A stretch of DNA of 64,000 nt, taken from assembly GCA_004431415.1 (NCBI GenBank), contig QPMI01000254.1, forward strand, positions 33,540 to 97,539, written 5' to 3'. Source of the DNA: Cyanophora paradoxa CCMP329 (taxonomy: Eukaryota; Plantae; Glaucophyta). Shown here piece by piece: positions 23,401-35,905 of this stretch (positions are counted from its first letter, which is position 1; every line of letters starts with the position of its first letter). Under the pieces are notes generated by a model that did not search any database, was not told the DNA's origin, and saw nothing but the letters and a program-made list of their open reading frames with translations. The translations under genes were made by a program, and so were the position numbers.

Positions 23401-24122
23401 GGCCCGGCCCCGCGGGGAGGCCCCGCACCCGGCGACCCCATCCCCGAGGGCGGTGCGGCGCCCTCGGCGCCCCTCGCGCGCGCGCGCGCCTCTGACGCCG
23501 CGGCCGGCGAGCAGACGAGGCGGCGGCGATGGGCGAGGGTGCGGAGGGCGAGGCGCTGGAGGGGGCGGAGGGGGCGGAGGGCGAGGAGGCGGCCCCGCGG
23601 CAGCCGCTGGCGCCGCGGCCGACGATGAACCCGCTCCAGGTCCTCGCCTACTCCGTCAAGTCCGTTCAGCCCAAGGCGCGCCCGCCCCGCCCCGCCCCGC
23701 CCGCCCCCGACCCCGCCCGCACCGCGGCGCTGAGGGGCCGGTGGCGGGGCAGGCGGTGGCGAAGCAGGTGCAGCTCTCGCTGACGACGAAGGGGGCGTTC
23801 CCCGAGGTGGTGTACGGGGACGCGGCGGCCGTCCACCAGCTCCTCAGGCACCTCCTCACCGAGTCCGTCAAGGTCCGTGGGCGCCCTCCCTCCCCCGCCC
23901 CCTTGCCTCCTCCGAGCACCGCACGCGCAGTTCGTCTCGTCGGGGCGGATCTCGCTGCTGGCGACGCTGGAGACGGTGAAGGGCTTCCGGGCGGGGAGCG
24001 TGCCGCACCCGCGCCTCACGCTCCGCCTCGACGTCGCCGACACGGGCATCGGCCTCCTCCGCAGCGACATCCGCTCCCTCCAGGGCGCCTTCTCCGCCCT
24101 CATGGAGCACTGGCAGAGCTAG
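20423..24122 (+). CDS. Phytochrome (PAS-GAF-PHY, single PAS, degenerate histidine-kinase-related module)
   Basis: SIQPHGLL, TGYERVCMYKF, G.VLAE, FPSTDIP (DIP motif), LRSMRSCH|IQYMK|NMGVRASL (GAF bilin Cys), KLWGLI, WAG and PRKSF (tongue). PAS DCNPRFC; HATPase-like DVADTGIG. Confidence 0.95.
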
Positions 24123-24386
24123 GCGCCCGTCCCGCCCGCGATCCGAATTTATTCTTTTCTTTGGAAGCCAGAGGGGAGGGGAGCTAGCTGTAGCAAGGGA
24201 ACAGGGAGATGGGGAGGGAACCGGGACGGGAGATGGGAGGGGAGCTCGAGAGAGAGAGAACGTGTTGGGGAGAGAGAGATTTGTGGGGAGTGTTGAGGGG
24301 GTAGCCGCCATCAGCAAGGGGGGTGGAGAGGAAGGGGGGGGAAGATCGAGAAAAAAAGAGAGCAAACACCGACCCGCTGCCCGCGA

Positions 24387-24752
24387 TGGAGAAGGAGGAC
24401 GGGACGCCCGCGACGCTGGAGGAGGTCATGAGCAGTGCGCGTCGACCCGAACTCGCCCTCCGCCCGCATCTGAGCCTTCGCCCGCCAGATTTCCAGGCGC
24501 AGTTCCAGCGGCTGCTGGATGCGACGCAGAGCGAGTGCGACGAAGTCCGGCAGGAGCACTTGAAGCTGCAAGAGTCGCTCGAAGGTCGCCTCCGCGGCTG
24601 AGCTGAAGCCCCGCGAAACCCCGCGAAATTTGAATTTCCTTCGCGCAGGCACGTTCTCGACGTGCTCGGAGCAGAAAGCTGGGTTCGAAAGCGAGCTTTC
24701 TCGAATCCAAAGCGAAATCAGGCGCGTTCTGGCAGCGGCGGTCATTGATTGA
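24387..24752 (+). CDS. Small (~85 aa) coiled-coil protein, 3 exons
   Basis: Two gt...cag introns give MEKEDG...MSNFQAQFQRLLDATQSECDEVRQEHLKLQESLEGTFSTCSEQKAGFESELSRIQSEIRRVLAAAVID*. Confidence 0.55.
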
Positions 24753-25073
24753 GGTCTCGCGCGCCTTCTGATCGCAGTCCCCCCGATTTCGCAGCTCGTT
24801 CATGTCGCGCCTGCCGAAGCTGGTGTTTGGAAAGCAGCCCGGCCCCGACGCAGTGACCGGCTTGCAGCGATCCACAGCCGGCATGACGGGCTCGCAGCTG
24901 CAGGAGCGATGACGCTCGGAGCCCGTGATCATTTTTGCACCAATGTATAGCCTAGCAGCGCGAAACCTTTGAACGCAACCGCATGTATTCGGGAATCGCC
25001 GCTGAGCGCCGGGCGCCTCGAGCTAGCGCTCGGCTAGATCTAGAGGGTGGACGGCCGGGGCGGCGCGTTCGCT

Positions 25074-27195
25074 TCAGATAGGGATGGGCGCCTCGGGCTT
25101 CTCGACCGACTTCGTCTCCTTCGTGACGACCTCGAGGGTGACCCCGCACTGCCGCAGGCGGTCCACGATGCCCGTCCCGAAGGCGGCGCCCGGCGTGAGG
25201 ACGCCGGCCTTGCGGGGCAGGCGGGCCTGCACGAGGGAGTGGGCCCCTGGGCGAGCGGGGCGGGGGGCGGCGGGTGGGCACGCACGCGGTCCTCGACGAG
25301 GGAGAGGGCGCACTGGGCGACCAGGATGGCGGTCATCTGCCGCCGGCGCGTCGCCGTCAGGCCGGGCCCGCCGCGGCGGCCGCGCGGGGCCCGGCGCCGG
25401 CGCTCGGGGCCGCACCTCGTAGGCCTCGGGGGCGTTCATGCGGCAGACGACGGTGGTGTCGTCGCGCTCGAGCTCGGGCTTGGAGCGGCCGCTCGCCTCG
25501 AAGGTGAGGCGGGTGGAGAGGCGCTCGCGCATCGCCTCGTCGGGCCCGTAGCCCTCGGGCTTGCGCCGGATGAGCCAGTCCAGCGTCCCCTTGCTCTTCA
25601 CCATCAGCTTGAAGAACCTGCCGCCCCAGTGAGGCGCTCGCAGAAGCGGGAGGCGAGGGGCAAGAAGGGGCACATGAAGGCGGCGGCCATCTTGATGGCG
25701 GCCCAGAGGCTGTTCAGCTCGAGGTAGTGCCCGTACGCGAAGTCGGGCCGGTTCCCCTCCGTCAGCTCGTGCGTCCTGCCGGGGATCAGGGCGGGGCCGG
25801 GCCGGGCGGGGCGAGAGGAAGGGGCGGGCCCCCGCACTTCTTCACGATGGTGGGGTCGGCGACGGGGAAGGGGACCACGCGGTGCCCGACCGCCTGCCGC
25901 CCGCCCGCCTCAGAGACGGCGGAGGGCTTTGCGGGGCGGGCGTGCGGCGGGCCTTCGGGGTGTGCATGCCCATAGGGAGGCGCGGGGCCTTGCGGGCGAT
26001 GGCGGCGGCGGGGCCGGCGGGGGCGGCGGGGGCCTTGGGGCGCGCCGGCGGCGTGTACGCGAAGCTGTTCATGAGCGTCGTCCACGTCCCCGCGCTGATC
26101 CCCTCCCACGAGCCTGCGCAGGCGGCGCTCAGAGCGGCCGGAGGAGGAGGGGGGCCGGCCGGCGGCGGGGCGCACCGTCGCTGAGGCTCTGGTCGAGGAG
26201 CACGTACGTCCTGCGGTCGCGGGCCTCGGAGACCGCGCAGGGGCAGGCGGGGCGCGGGGGCGGCCTCACTTGACGGAGCTGCAGCAGCCGGCGGGGAACT
26301 GCTCCCTGCGAAAAGGCGTGAGGCCGTAACGAGGCCGCGGGCCGGCAGGGAGGGCGGGCGGGGCGGACTTTGCGTAGAGGGCGCCGATGTCGGCGGGGAC
26401 GCTGTCGGCGCCGCAGCTGAGGGCCACCACCACGCCCCGCTCCTCCGCCTTCTGCCCGTAGCTCGCGAACATCCGCCCTGCCCCGCCGTGAGGCCCCGCC
26501 GGCGGCGGCGACGACGGCGGGCGGGCAGGCAGCGCGCACGGATGAACTCAGGTTCGCCGTTCACGTCCTGTGGGCCCCGGGGGCGGCACGGCTCGAGAGG
26601 GGGGCGGCAGGAGGGCGGGGGGCGCGAGGGCAGTGCGAACCGCATAGTCGGTGCCGGCCTCGACACAGCTCTTGACGACGAGCTCGCCGTGGTAGCGGAA
26701 GGGGCCCACTGCGTTGATGACCACCTTGGCCTTCTCCGCCATCGTCCGCACGCTCGCCTCGTCCTCCGTCGACGCCACGATCGGGTCCAGCCGCGCGCAG
26801 TCCGCGTCGATCGCCGCCAGCCGCTCCCGCAGCTGCGCCAGCTTCGCCGCGCTCCGGCCCGCGATGTTCCACGTGCACCGCCTGCCGGCAGCCGCGCGCG
26901 GCGCGTGTCACCAGAGGACGGGAAAGCAAAGCGCGGCTCGCCGGCGCACCGCTTGATGTGCTTGGCGAAGTACCGCGCAGTCAGCTCTCCTGCGAGTCCA
27001 CGAGCGTCTCGAAAGCTTAGCTATGCGAGGCGAGGCCGGCGGAAGGCCGCGAAACCAAGCGGCGGCGTTTTGATGGGCGCACCGGTGTAGCCGGTCGCGC
27101 CTGCAAGACGCGTGAGCGATACAGAGCGGCGGGAGCGGTGCAAATCAGAGCGCACCGTAGATGATGACATCGTAAATCCGATGCGACGGGGCCAT
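25074..27195 (-). CDS. Saccharopine dehydrogenase-like oxidoreductase (SCCPDH family)
   Basis: YDVIIYGATG Rossmann start, IAGRS, VINAVGPFRYHGELVVKSCVEAGTDY, DVNGE, GADSVPADIG, GISAGT and GVLTPGAAFG. Confidence 0.9.
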
Positions 27196-27387
27196 GTCGA
27201 GAGGCCCTAACTAGCAGTCGCCGGTGTCTTGACACCTCGGCTGGCGCGCTCCAAGTCGAGCTGAACGAACCACGGCGAACCCGAGGAACTCCGGACGGTC
27301 TACCCCCGCTTGAGATCTTCCCCCCCCCCTGCGGCTGCCGCGCCGCGCGGCTGTTGCGCCCAGCGCCGCAACGCCTCAGTGCCGGAC

Positions 27388-29464
27388 ATGAAGAGAGAAA
27401 GGCGATCCAGCGATTCGAGCGAGACAAGCGGTGCCAGTGAACCAGTGAGCATGCGCTCCACGACCTTCTTGTCGCACCTCACGCGTTGTGCAGTGTTCTT
27501 CGGCGCTTCTGGGCCTTCCGGACGTGCTTCTGTGCCGGGTGATCAAATCGGTGTGTGCCACTGAGGACGACTACGACAGCAGCTGCGAGTCGATGGAGGC
27601 AAAGCACCGTGCCTTTGTCGCGCCTCCGGCCGCGGCATCGTCGCCCTCCACAGCTGAGCAGCAGCCGTGTGTCGATCTGCGGCGGTTGAGCGATCTGCGG
27701 CGAGTGTGTCGGCGGCTCAAGGACGTGGTCGATGCATGCGTTGCGTCGCCGCGGGTCCGGATGGCCATGAACGCGACGGATGTGAAGGAGGAGTCCGAGG
27801 CGGCTCTCGAGCGCCTCTGCGCGCGCGCGGCCCGTATGTGCGGGCCCGATATCAAGGAGATCGTCCTAAAGATCTATCCAGTCGAGGTCAGTCCTGCTTA
27901 AATTGAAATCGTCGCTTGAAATGATCCCTCCGCACCTCCTGACGTCGCGCGGGCTCGAGCGCAGCGCTGTAACCGTCCAGCATTCTCCCTGGCGCCGCTG
28001 GCGCAGTTCGCAGACCTCGGCGCCCTTCGAGTGTACGGGGAGAACCGCTGGTTCCATAGCGTCCGCATGCTGGATTCGGAGCATGTGTTGTCGCTCGCGT
28101 CTCTCTCTAAGCTCTCTCGCCTCGACCTGAAGGGTCTTTCCATCAGCCCAGCGGCCGTGGCGGCCCTGCACGAGCTCCCCCTTGCGGCATTCGCGGCGTC
28201 GTTTTACTGCAGCGACTTTGCGGACGATACTGACGACGAGGACGAAGAGGCCGCCTACCGGGGCGATCGCTACGTACCCGCTGCAGAGGCCGCTGTGTCT
28301 GCCGTCGTGACAGCCTTCCCCGGCCTGCAGCGGCTGCTCCTCTACATGGCATTGTGCGCCGAAGTCGTGGAAGCCTGCAACGTCAACGTTCCTCCCAGCG
28401 TGCTCCGGCCCCTCGCTTCCCTCGCCTCTCTCCGATGTGCGCGTCGCGCCTCGCTCCGATCCCCTCAGCTCACGTGCCCGCAGCGCTCAGCCTGAGCTTC
28501 GACGACGATGCTGGGCTGCAGTCCGTCGCGCCGATCGCCGCCCTCTCTCGGCTCGAGCACCTCGCTCTGGAAGCCGGCTTCATCGAGAACATGCAGCAGC
28601 TTTCTTCCATGACCGCCCTCCGATGTGCGCTCCCGCCCGTCCCTTCCAGTCCATGGGCACTCGGGCGTGACTTCCTCCCGCGCAGCGCTGCACCTGCAAG
28701 ACACGCACCGTCGAGGCACGCTGGCTTCTGAGGAGCTCTCGTCCCTCGCCCGGCTGCCTCAGCTGGAGGCGCTTCGAGTCCAACTGTCGGAGCAGGGCGG
28801 CGTTGACCTCTCTTCGCTCTTCGGCCTCGCCCCCCGCCTTCGCCTCCTCTCTTTCGAAATCGATAAGGAAGATCTGTGGTTAGAGGATTTGAATTCCGTG
28901 GGCCGTAGGATCGCGAAGACTCTTCTACGCTTCACTGCGCTCGAGGCAAGGCCGCCTCACGCCACTGCCGTCCGTCCCTCTCTGACAGCTCCGCAGCACG
29001 TTTGGCTCGACCTCCCTGAGCCCTGCGCCCTCGCCCTGTCGAGGCACTCACTGGCCCCGTGGAGCGGCGTGCGCACCCTCGGCCTCGGAGGCCACGACCC
29101 TTCCGCCGATCTCGTCAGGGTGACTCTCGCCGCTCCTCCCGATGCACGCACGCTAACATACAGCTGCCCGCAGCGTATCGCGTTTGACATGACGAGCCTG
29201 CGGGAGCTGGTTCTGGGAGGCTCCCTGCCCCTCCCGCTGCCCGCCGATGTCGCCGCTGCCTTCCGTGGCCGCCTTCGCCGCGTTCGCATGCGAGCGAACG
29301 TTGAGCAGGTGCAGTCCACTGGCGACGCAGCAACTACAGACGAGCTGCGCGCCCGGCTGGCTGTGCGCCCACGCCAGTGTGGATATCGATACACAGCCCA
29401 ACGCTGACGCTCGGCGCAGGAGCTCGAGGGCGCCATTGGTGTCGCGGTTGAGCCCTTGCCGTGA
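27388..29464 (+). CDS. F-box/LRR-like protein
   Basis: LLGLPDVLLCRVI (F-box start), LRRVCRRLK, and LRR repeats LSKLSRLDL, LSRLEHLAL, LPQLEALRV, LRELVLG. Regular gtgcg introns. Confidence 0.7.
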
Positions 29465-29782
29465 TCATTGATCAACCATCTGTAGCTAGGCTCATATGCA
29501 TGGCCAGCGCAAGTTCGGGTCCCGCGCTTGCGGTTTCCTCCGTTTCTTCAGCGTCAGTATTCTGTTCCCTCGCATTTTCGGTGGTCAGCGCCTCTATCTT
29601 CTGCCAGTGCTCGCTGGAGCATGTGCGAAGCCGGTAGAGCGTCCCCTCGTTTTTCAAGGCTTGCAATTGCAGTAGTACTGGTGCCGTGAATTCGATCAGG
29701 GGCACTGTGGCATGTGCATTGGAGCGAAATCTAGATCTAGAGCAGCAACCGCCGGCGGCCTACCGTAGTACCCCGCTTAGCG

Positions 29783-32700
29783 TCAGGGGGTCGGCTCGCC
29801 CAGCGGCGGAGGCGGATCGGCCTCCGCGGCCGGAGGGTCGGGTGGATCTGGGGCAGTCGTGGGCGCCTTTTCCGCTGCTGACGCTGCCGCCCCAGGCAGT
29901 GCCGGCGCTGGCGCCGGGGTCGGCTCCGCAGCAAGTGCTGGGGCGGCGGGCTGGGGCGGCGGCTCGGGGGCGGGAGCGGGGGGAGGGGAGGGGCCGGGGC
30001 CGGGGAGGGATCCGGACGGGCGGCGGGCGGGGGGAGGGGCGGGGCCCGGCGGGCCTCGGCGGGGCCGGGCGGGGGCCGGCTGGGGCTCGTCGTCGAGGGC
30101 GTCGAGGTCGATCTTGAGGAGGAAGCCGGCGCCGACGGTCCGCGCCGTCTGCGCCGGCGGCGCCGCCCCGCCCTCCGCCTCCGCCCGGCCTCGCCCCCGC
30201 CTCCTGCAGGGTCTCCATCCGCTCGTCCGGGGCCCCCGAGGGCCGCCGCGCCGTCGCCGGGCCGGCCGGGGTGGAGCTGGCGGGGGAGAAGGGGCCGGCG
30301 GGGCTCGGGGGCGCGTCGGGGGCGAAGGCGATGATGGAGGAGTGGCGGGAGTGGCGGCGGGCGGTGCGGGTGCCGGCGAGCAAGGCGGAGCCGGCGGCGC
30401 TCGACATGACCGAGGAGCGGCGGCGCTGCAGCACGGGCTGCTTCGCCTGCTCCTCGGCCTGCTTCGCGGCGGCGAGCTCGGCGAGCATCTCCGCGCGGAA
30501 GGCCTCGGGCCCCGGGAGCTGCAAGTCCGGGGCGCGCAGGGGCGGGAGCAGGCCGACGGAGCGCTCGAAGGCCGCCATCAGGAGGGCGTCGCGCAGGGGC
30601 ACCTCCTCGGGGTCCAGCGGCGGCGCCGGCGGCGGCCGCCCCTTGCGGAAGCGCGGCACCGCCGCCTTCCGCTCGCGCCCCGCCCCGCCCGCCGCGACGA
30701 GCCGCCGCCGGGGCCGGGGCGGCGAGAGGGCGGGAGGCCGGCGTCGAGGCCGAGGCGCCGAGGGCGGGGCCCGCGCGCGGCCCCGCGCGGGGACCGGGGC
30801 GGGGAGGGCCCCGGGAGGAGAGCCGGGGCGGAGGCGGAGAGGGAGAGGGAGGGGGCGCCCGGGGGCGGGCCCGGGGAGGGCCCCCGGGCGTGCGGCGCCT
30901 CGAGCATCTCGTAGGCGGTGTGCGCGCGGTGGCACTCCGGGCACAGGCACGAGCGGTGCACGAAGCCGGTCGCGTTGCCCGCCCCGTCGTTCACGTCGTA
31001 GTACCCCATGAAGAGGTCGATGTGGTGCAGCCGCGCGTGGCTCCGCCCCGCGGTGACGTCGCCGTAGTAGACGCGGCCCTCGGGCGGGGCGGAGGCGAAG
31101 AGCTTCTCGATGGGGGAGCGCCAGCCCTCCGCCGCGTAGCTCTCCTCGCTGCTGCTGCTGCTCCCGCTGCTGCCGCTGCCGCGGCCGCGGGAGCGGGCGG
31201 GGCGGGGGCCGGGGCGGGAGGCGCGGCGGGTCTCGGCGCCGGCGGCGATGCCGTGGCCGCGCTGGAGCTCCTTCCAGCGCCCGGCGTCCTCGGCGGCGGC
31301 GGCGCCGTAGCCCTCGTCGGAGAGGACCTGGTGGATGTTCGCGAGCACGAGGGGCTTCGCGCGGTCCACCGCCCCGTAGCGGTGCTCCAGGTCCGTCCCG
31401 TCCTCCTCGCACTGGTGCAGGAACGTCACCTGCCGACCCCCGCCCGCCCGCCCGCCTCAGCCGAGCAGCGCGAAGCCGACGGGAAAGCAGGAAACGGGTG
31501 GACCTGGATGAGGCGGCCGCGGGGGATGACCTCGTAGCCGAAGAGGGCGTTGGTGGAGCGGACGGCGATGGGCGAGGGCGGGTAGCTCTCGTGCTCGACG
31601 GACTTCCCCGCGATGAGCCAGCCCATGCCGTGCTCGAACTTGTTGTAGACGAGGACGACGTCGCGGGGCGGGTGGTGCGGGTTGACCTGCACCTCCTTCG
31701 CGTACTCGACCTTGACGTCGGGCCCGAAGGTGGCGACGGAGAAGAGCTCGGCGTGGTAGTTGTCCCACTTGTGCCGCTCCTCGCTCTCCCAGATGCGGCG
31801 CACCACCTCCTCCAGCGGCACCACCTCCGCCCGCAGGAACGTGATCGCTGCGCGCGGGCGGGCGGGCGCGCCGGGCCGTCAGGTCGCCCGGCGGGGGCGG
31901 AGGAGGGGAGGGGGAGGCCGGGGGCTCGCCCTTGATGACGGCCCGGCCGTTGTTCTGCTCGTAGGGCTTGATGAGGGTGCGCACGTGGCCGCGCCAGTCG
32001 CCCTTGCGCCAGCCCGAGCTCTGTAGGAGCGTCAGGATCGCCCCCCGCGCCTTCTTCCCCTCCATCCGGTAGTGCACCTGCGCCCCGCGCCCCGCGCTCA
32101 GCGCCGGCGGGGCGGGGCGGGGCGGGGCGGGGCGCGGGGCGGGCGGGGCGCACGTCGGGGCGGAACTGCATGCGGAGGTCGGAGGCCTTGCGGGTGGGGG
32201 AGGCGGGGTCGGCGCGGGCGAGGCGCTCCGGGTTGTAGCCGTCGGGGACGAGCCCGGGCTCCTCGGGGAAGGGCGGCATCTCGAAGAGCTCGGCGCCGTG
32301 GCCGGCGAGCTCGGCGGCCGTCAGCTCCGCCTGCGACGCCATCTCCGCCGCAATCCACCGCTGCATCAGCCGCGACCCGCGAAGCGCGCCCCCCGAACCT
32401 GCCCGGCCCGTCAGCCGCGCGCCGCCGGCCGGGGGGCGCAGGGCGGGCGGGCGGGCGGGCCGGCGCACGTGGTGACGGGGTACGCGTGGCGGGAGTTGCT
32501 CCACTCCTGCAGGGAGCGCGCGTGCTTCGGGATGTGCAGCCCGAGGAGGAACATGCCTGCGGCCGCCCGCCCCGTCAGGCCGGCCGGCGGGCGGGGGCGG
32601 GCCGGGAGGCGGGGCGCGCCGTCCTTGGTGACGCCCTCGAAGATGTTGAGCGGGTCGTACTGCACGCTCATCAGCGGCCGCAGGTCGCTCGTCTTCTTCC

Positions 32701-33245
32701 GCAGGATGTGCGTCGCCGCCCCTGCGCCCCGCCCCCGTCGGCTGCTGCCTGCGCGGCGGGGCGGGGCGGGGCGGGGCGGGGCGGACCGACGACGCCCTGT
32801 ATGTCCTTGAGGTTCCAGCCGATCTCGCCCTGGTCGCTCACCACGACCCGGATGCGGCACTTCATGCCCTCCGGCGTCACGTACGTCACCATCCCTGGCC
32901 CCGCCCCGCCCCCGCCTCAGGCCGCGCCGCGCCGGCCGCCCCGCTGCGCGTGCGTGCGTGTGCAGGCGGCGCACCGAACTTGCACTGCTTGATGTTCGGC
33001 TCCTCGTCCTTGCTCTTCTTCATGTTCGGGGGCAGGTGCCGCTGGTTGCCGTGCATGCGCACCTTGCTGGACGGCGCCAGCAGCTTCGACTGCGGCTTGA
33101 GCAGCGCAAGGCTCATCACGGAGCGGGCCACCTTGCTCTCCGCCACCGAGCGCGGGGAAGACGGCCCCGACGGCCCGCCCGGCGGCTCGAGCGACATGCG
33201 GAACACGATGCCGCTGCCCACTGTGGGCCGGCGCTCCCCCGACAT
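29783..33245 (-). CDS. START-domain protein with a Bro-N-like N-terminal region and a Pro-rich tail
   Basis: START motifs RHKWDNY, PPRDVVLV, IAGKSVEHESYP, AVRS...GYEVIP and VTFLHQ. The N-terminus contains RIRVVVSDQGEIGWNLKDI. Confidence 0.7.
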
Positions 33246-33640
33246 CGCTGGCGGGTCCAAGCGAGGCTACCTTATCTTCGCCGAGGCCTGTGTCTGACTA
33301 CGAGCCTCTGGGCTAGCCGAGGTGCAGCCCGGAATTGACCTCGGCGCTGGCCCTACGCGCTGATGAGCGGAAGGTCAGAGCACAAACTGCTCGGCTGCAG
33401 GCATGGCCCGCAAGGGCCGCGCGCTCTGGCCTGCGGTCGCTTTGCTGGGGACCCCGCTCGGTCTTCTAGTGGTTTTGCAAGATGCGATCTCAGTGACAGA
33501 AGTGAGACCGCGGCTGCAGCATGGCTTCTGGGCCAGACTTGGTCGAGACGAGCGTACCCCTGCTAAAGCAGGAAAGTCAACACAGAAGCGCTTCCCTGCG
33601 TCGCGGAGCAGAAAAGAATGCGTAGCTAAGCAATTTGAAG

Positions 33641-35270
33641 ATGATGGCATGGCTGGGCCGCTGCCTCGGTCTCGCGCCGATGGCCGAACCCGTGGCGGCG
33701 ACGATCCGCCTCGTCGCAGCCGACGGCCGCGCGGTCGAGCTGCAGCCTTCTGGCGAGGCGTGCGCGGCGGCGGCGCGCGAGCTCGCGGGCGCGGACGATG
33801 CGGTCTGCCTGCTCGAGTGGGGCCCCGCCGTCCCCCCGCACCTCCTCACGCGGCTCGGGCGGAGTGTCGAGGCGCGCGTGCTCGTTCCCCCGCACCTCCC
33901 TGAGGCGGCGCCGCCGGCCCTCGCTCTCTCCTCGGCCGAGCTTTCGGCGGCGGCGCGCGCGGGTGACGTGGCGCTGGGCGCGCGGCTGTGCGAGTCGCTG
34001 CGGACGCACGGCTTCGCGCGCGTGCGCTGGGACGACGGGGCGCTGCGGGAGTCGTACGCGGAGGCGGAGCGCTTCTTCGGGCGGGGCGCGCGGGAGAAGC
34101 TCGCGCACACGCTCGTCGTCGACGAGGCGGAGGCGAAGGTCGCCGGCTACGGCGCCCACCTCGGCCGGTGCCTCGCCCTGCCCGCCGGCCTGCCTCCCCC
34201 TCCCGCCCTGCTGAGCGCGCGGCGCGGCGGCGCGCAGGGAGTGGATCCAGCTGCGGCGGCTGCGGAGAGGGGCGTTCCCGTGGCCGGCGGAGCAGCCGGG
34301 GCTGGAGCGTGCCTGCGTGCGGCTCTACCGCGAGCTCGACGCCATCGGACGGTGCCCGCCCGCCCGCCCGCCCCGCCCCGCCCCTCCGCGTGGGCCGAGG
34401 GCGTGGCGCCCCGCCGGGCGGCAGGGAGGCGCTGCGGGTGGTGGAGGCGGGCCTGGGGGCGGCCCCGGGGCGCTGCTCGGGCTGCTGGACCCGCCGGCCC
34501 GCCCGAGGCGCCCCTCGAGCTCCCCGCCGGGCTCGACCCGCCCTGCGGATCCGACGTCCTCCGCCTCTACAGGCCCGCCCCGCCCCGCCCCCGCCCCGGC
34601 CCCGCCCCGCTTGACCGCGACCGGCGGGCAGGTACCAGCCGGCGGGGGAGCGGCTGCTAGAAGGGGTGCCGGCGTGCGGGGTGCACGCGGACATCGGGCT
34701 GCTGACGGTGGCGTCCCGGGCGAGCACGGGGCGCGGCCTCCGCCTCGCCCCGCCCCGCGGCGGGCCCTTCCGCGACCTCGAGGAGGGCCCCTCCGCCCCC
34801 GCCGACTGCCTCCTCGTGCCCGCCGGCCCCCCGCGCCCGCCTCCGGCCCCCGCTGAGGCCGCCCCGCCCCGCTCCGCTCCGGGCCCGGCCGGCAGTTCGC
34901 GGGGGAGACGCTGGGGTACGTGACGGGGGGCGACCTGCGGCCCCCGCTCCACTTCGTCGCCGTGCGCACCGCGTACCCCCCGCCGCCGCGCCCCTGCCCT
35001 CTGAGGGCGGCGCGGGCAGGACGACGAGGGGGACCCCGGGGCCCCGCGCCTCTCGGCGCCCTTCTTCCTCCGCGCCCGCCCCGCCAGCCTCCTCGCCCCC
35101 CTGGGCCCGGCTCCTGGGACCCGAGGCCCCAGCACTCCGCCCGCGGCTCTCACAGTGCGGGAGTTCGTGGAGCACGTCCTCTTCCCCGCCCGCCCCTGGC
35201 GCACCGCCCCCGCGCCCCCCGGATCCAGCCCCTCCGCCCCCTCCGGCCGAGGCGTCTCCGGCGTCGGTGA
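33641..35270 (+). CDS. 2-oxoglutarate/Fe(II)-dependent oxygenase (IPNS-like)
   Basis: GFARV, SDVLRLYRY, CGVHADIGLLTV (HxD), PPLHFV (distal His) and RLSAPFFLR (RxS). Confidence 0.85.
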
Positions 35271-35539
35271 CTACTAACGGCCGGCCGTGGGCCCCCCTTG
35301 CCACCCTATTCCAAGCACTAGCGCTGCTGCGTCAATTCTTGCGTCTGATGACCGCCTTGCTGGTGCTGTGTCGTCGAGCGCTTGGTGAGCGCAGTCTTCC
35401 GCCGAGTCGTCGGACGGCCTCAGGAGTCAGGGGCCGGGCCGAGTCAGGGTCGGGGTCGCAGCTGCTGGCGAAGCGCCCCTCGCCCGAGAACCCTGCGGCC
35501 CGATGGCAACACTATGCCTAGTTTTGCTACCAATTTTCA

Positions 35540-35612
35540 TCCCTCGTAGTCTAGCTGGTTAGGATAACGCGCTCTCACCGCGTAGACCCGGGTTCAAGTC
35601 CCGGCGAGGGAA
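35540..35612 (+). tRNA. tRNA-Glu (CTC)
   Basis: Cloverleaf with acceptor TCCCTCG/CGAGGGA, anticodon arm ACGCG-CTCTCAC-CGCGT and T-loop GGTTCAAGTCC; followed by a T-run. Confidence 0.97.
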
Positions 35613-35673
35613 TCCTTTTACGCCCCTCTGTCTTCGATCGGAACCGGGACGGGCAAACTGATGGAAAGTCGTA

Positions 35674-35746
35674 TCCCTCGTAGTCTAGCTGGTTAGGATA
35701 ACGCGCTCTCACCGCGTAGACCCGGGTTCAAGTCCCGGCGAGGGAA
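35674..35746 (+). tRNA. tRNA-Glu (CTC), identical second copy
   Basis: Identical 73-nt sequence followed by a T5 run (Pol III terminator). Confidence 0.97.
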
Positions 35747-35905
35747 TCTTTTTCGCTGTCCGCGCCTGCAGTTCGAATCCCGACGGGTCCAGTTTCGCAT
35801 CTGGGACGTCGATCGCAAGCGTTTAGCGCACAGCCGCCGGGCTTTCTCCCTCAGCTGGTGTAGGTTTGGCAGAGACGTTGCGGCGTTTTTGAGGCCGTTC
35901 CTAGC

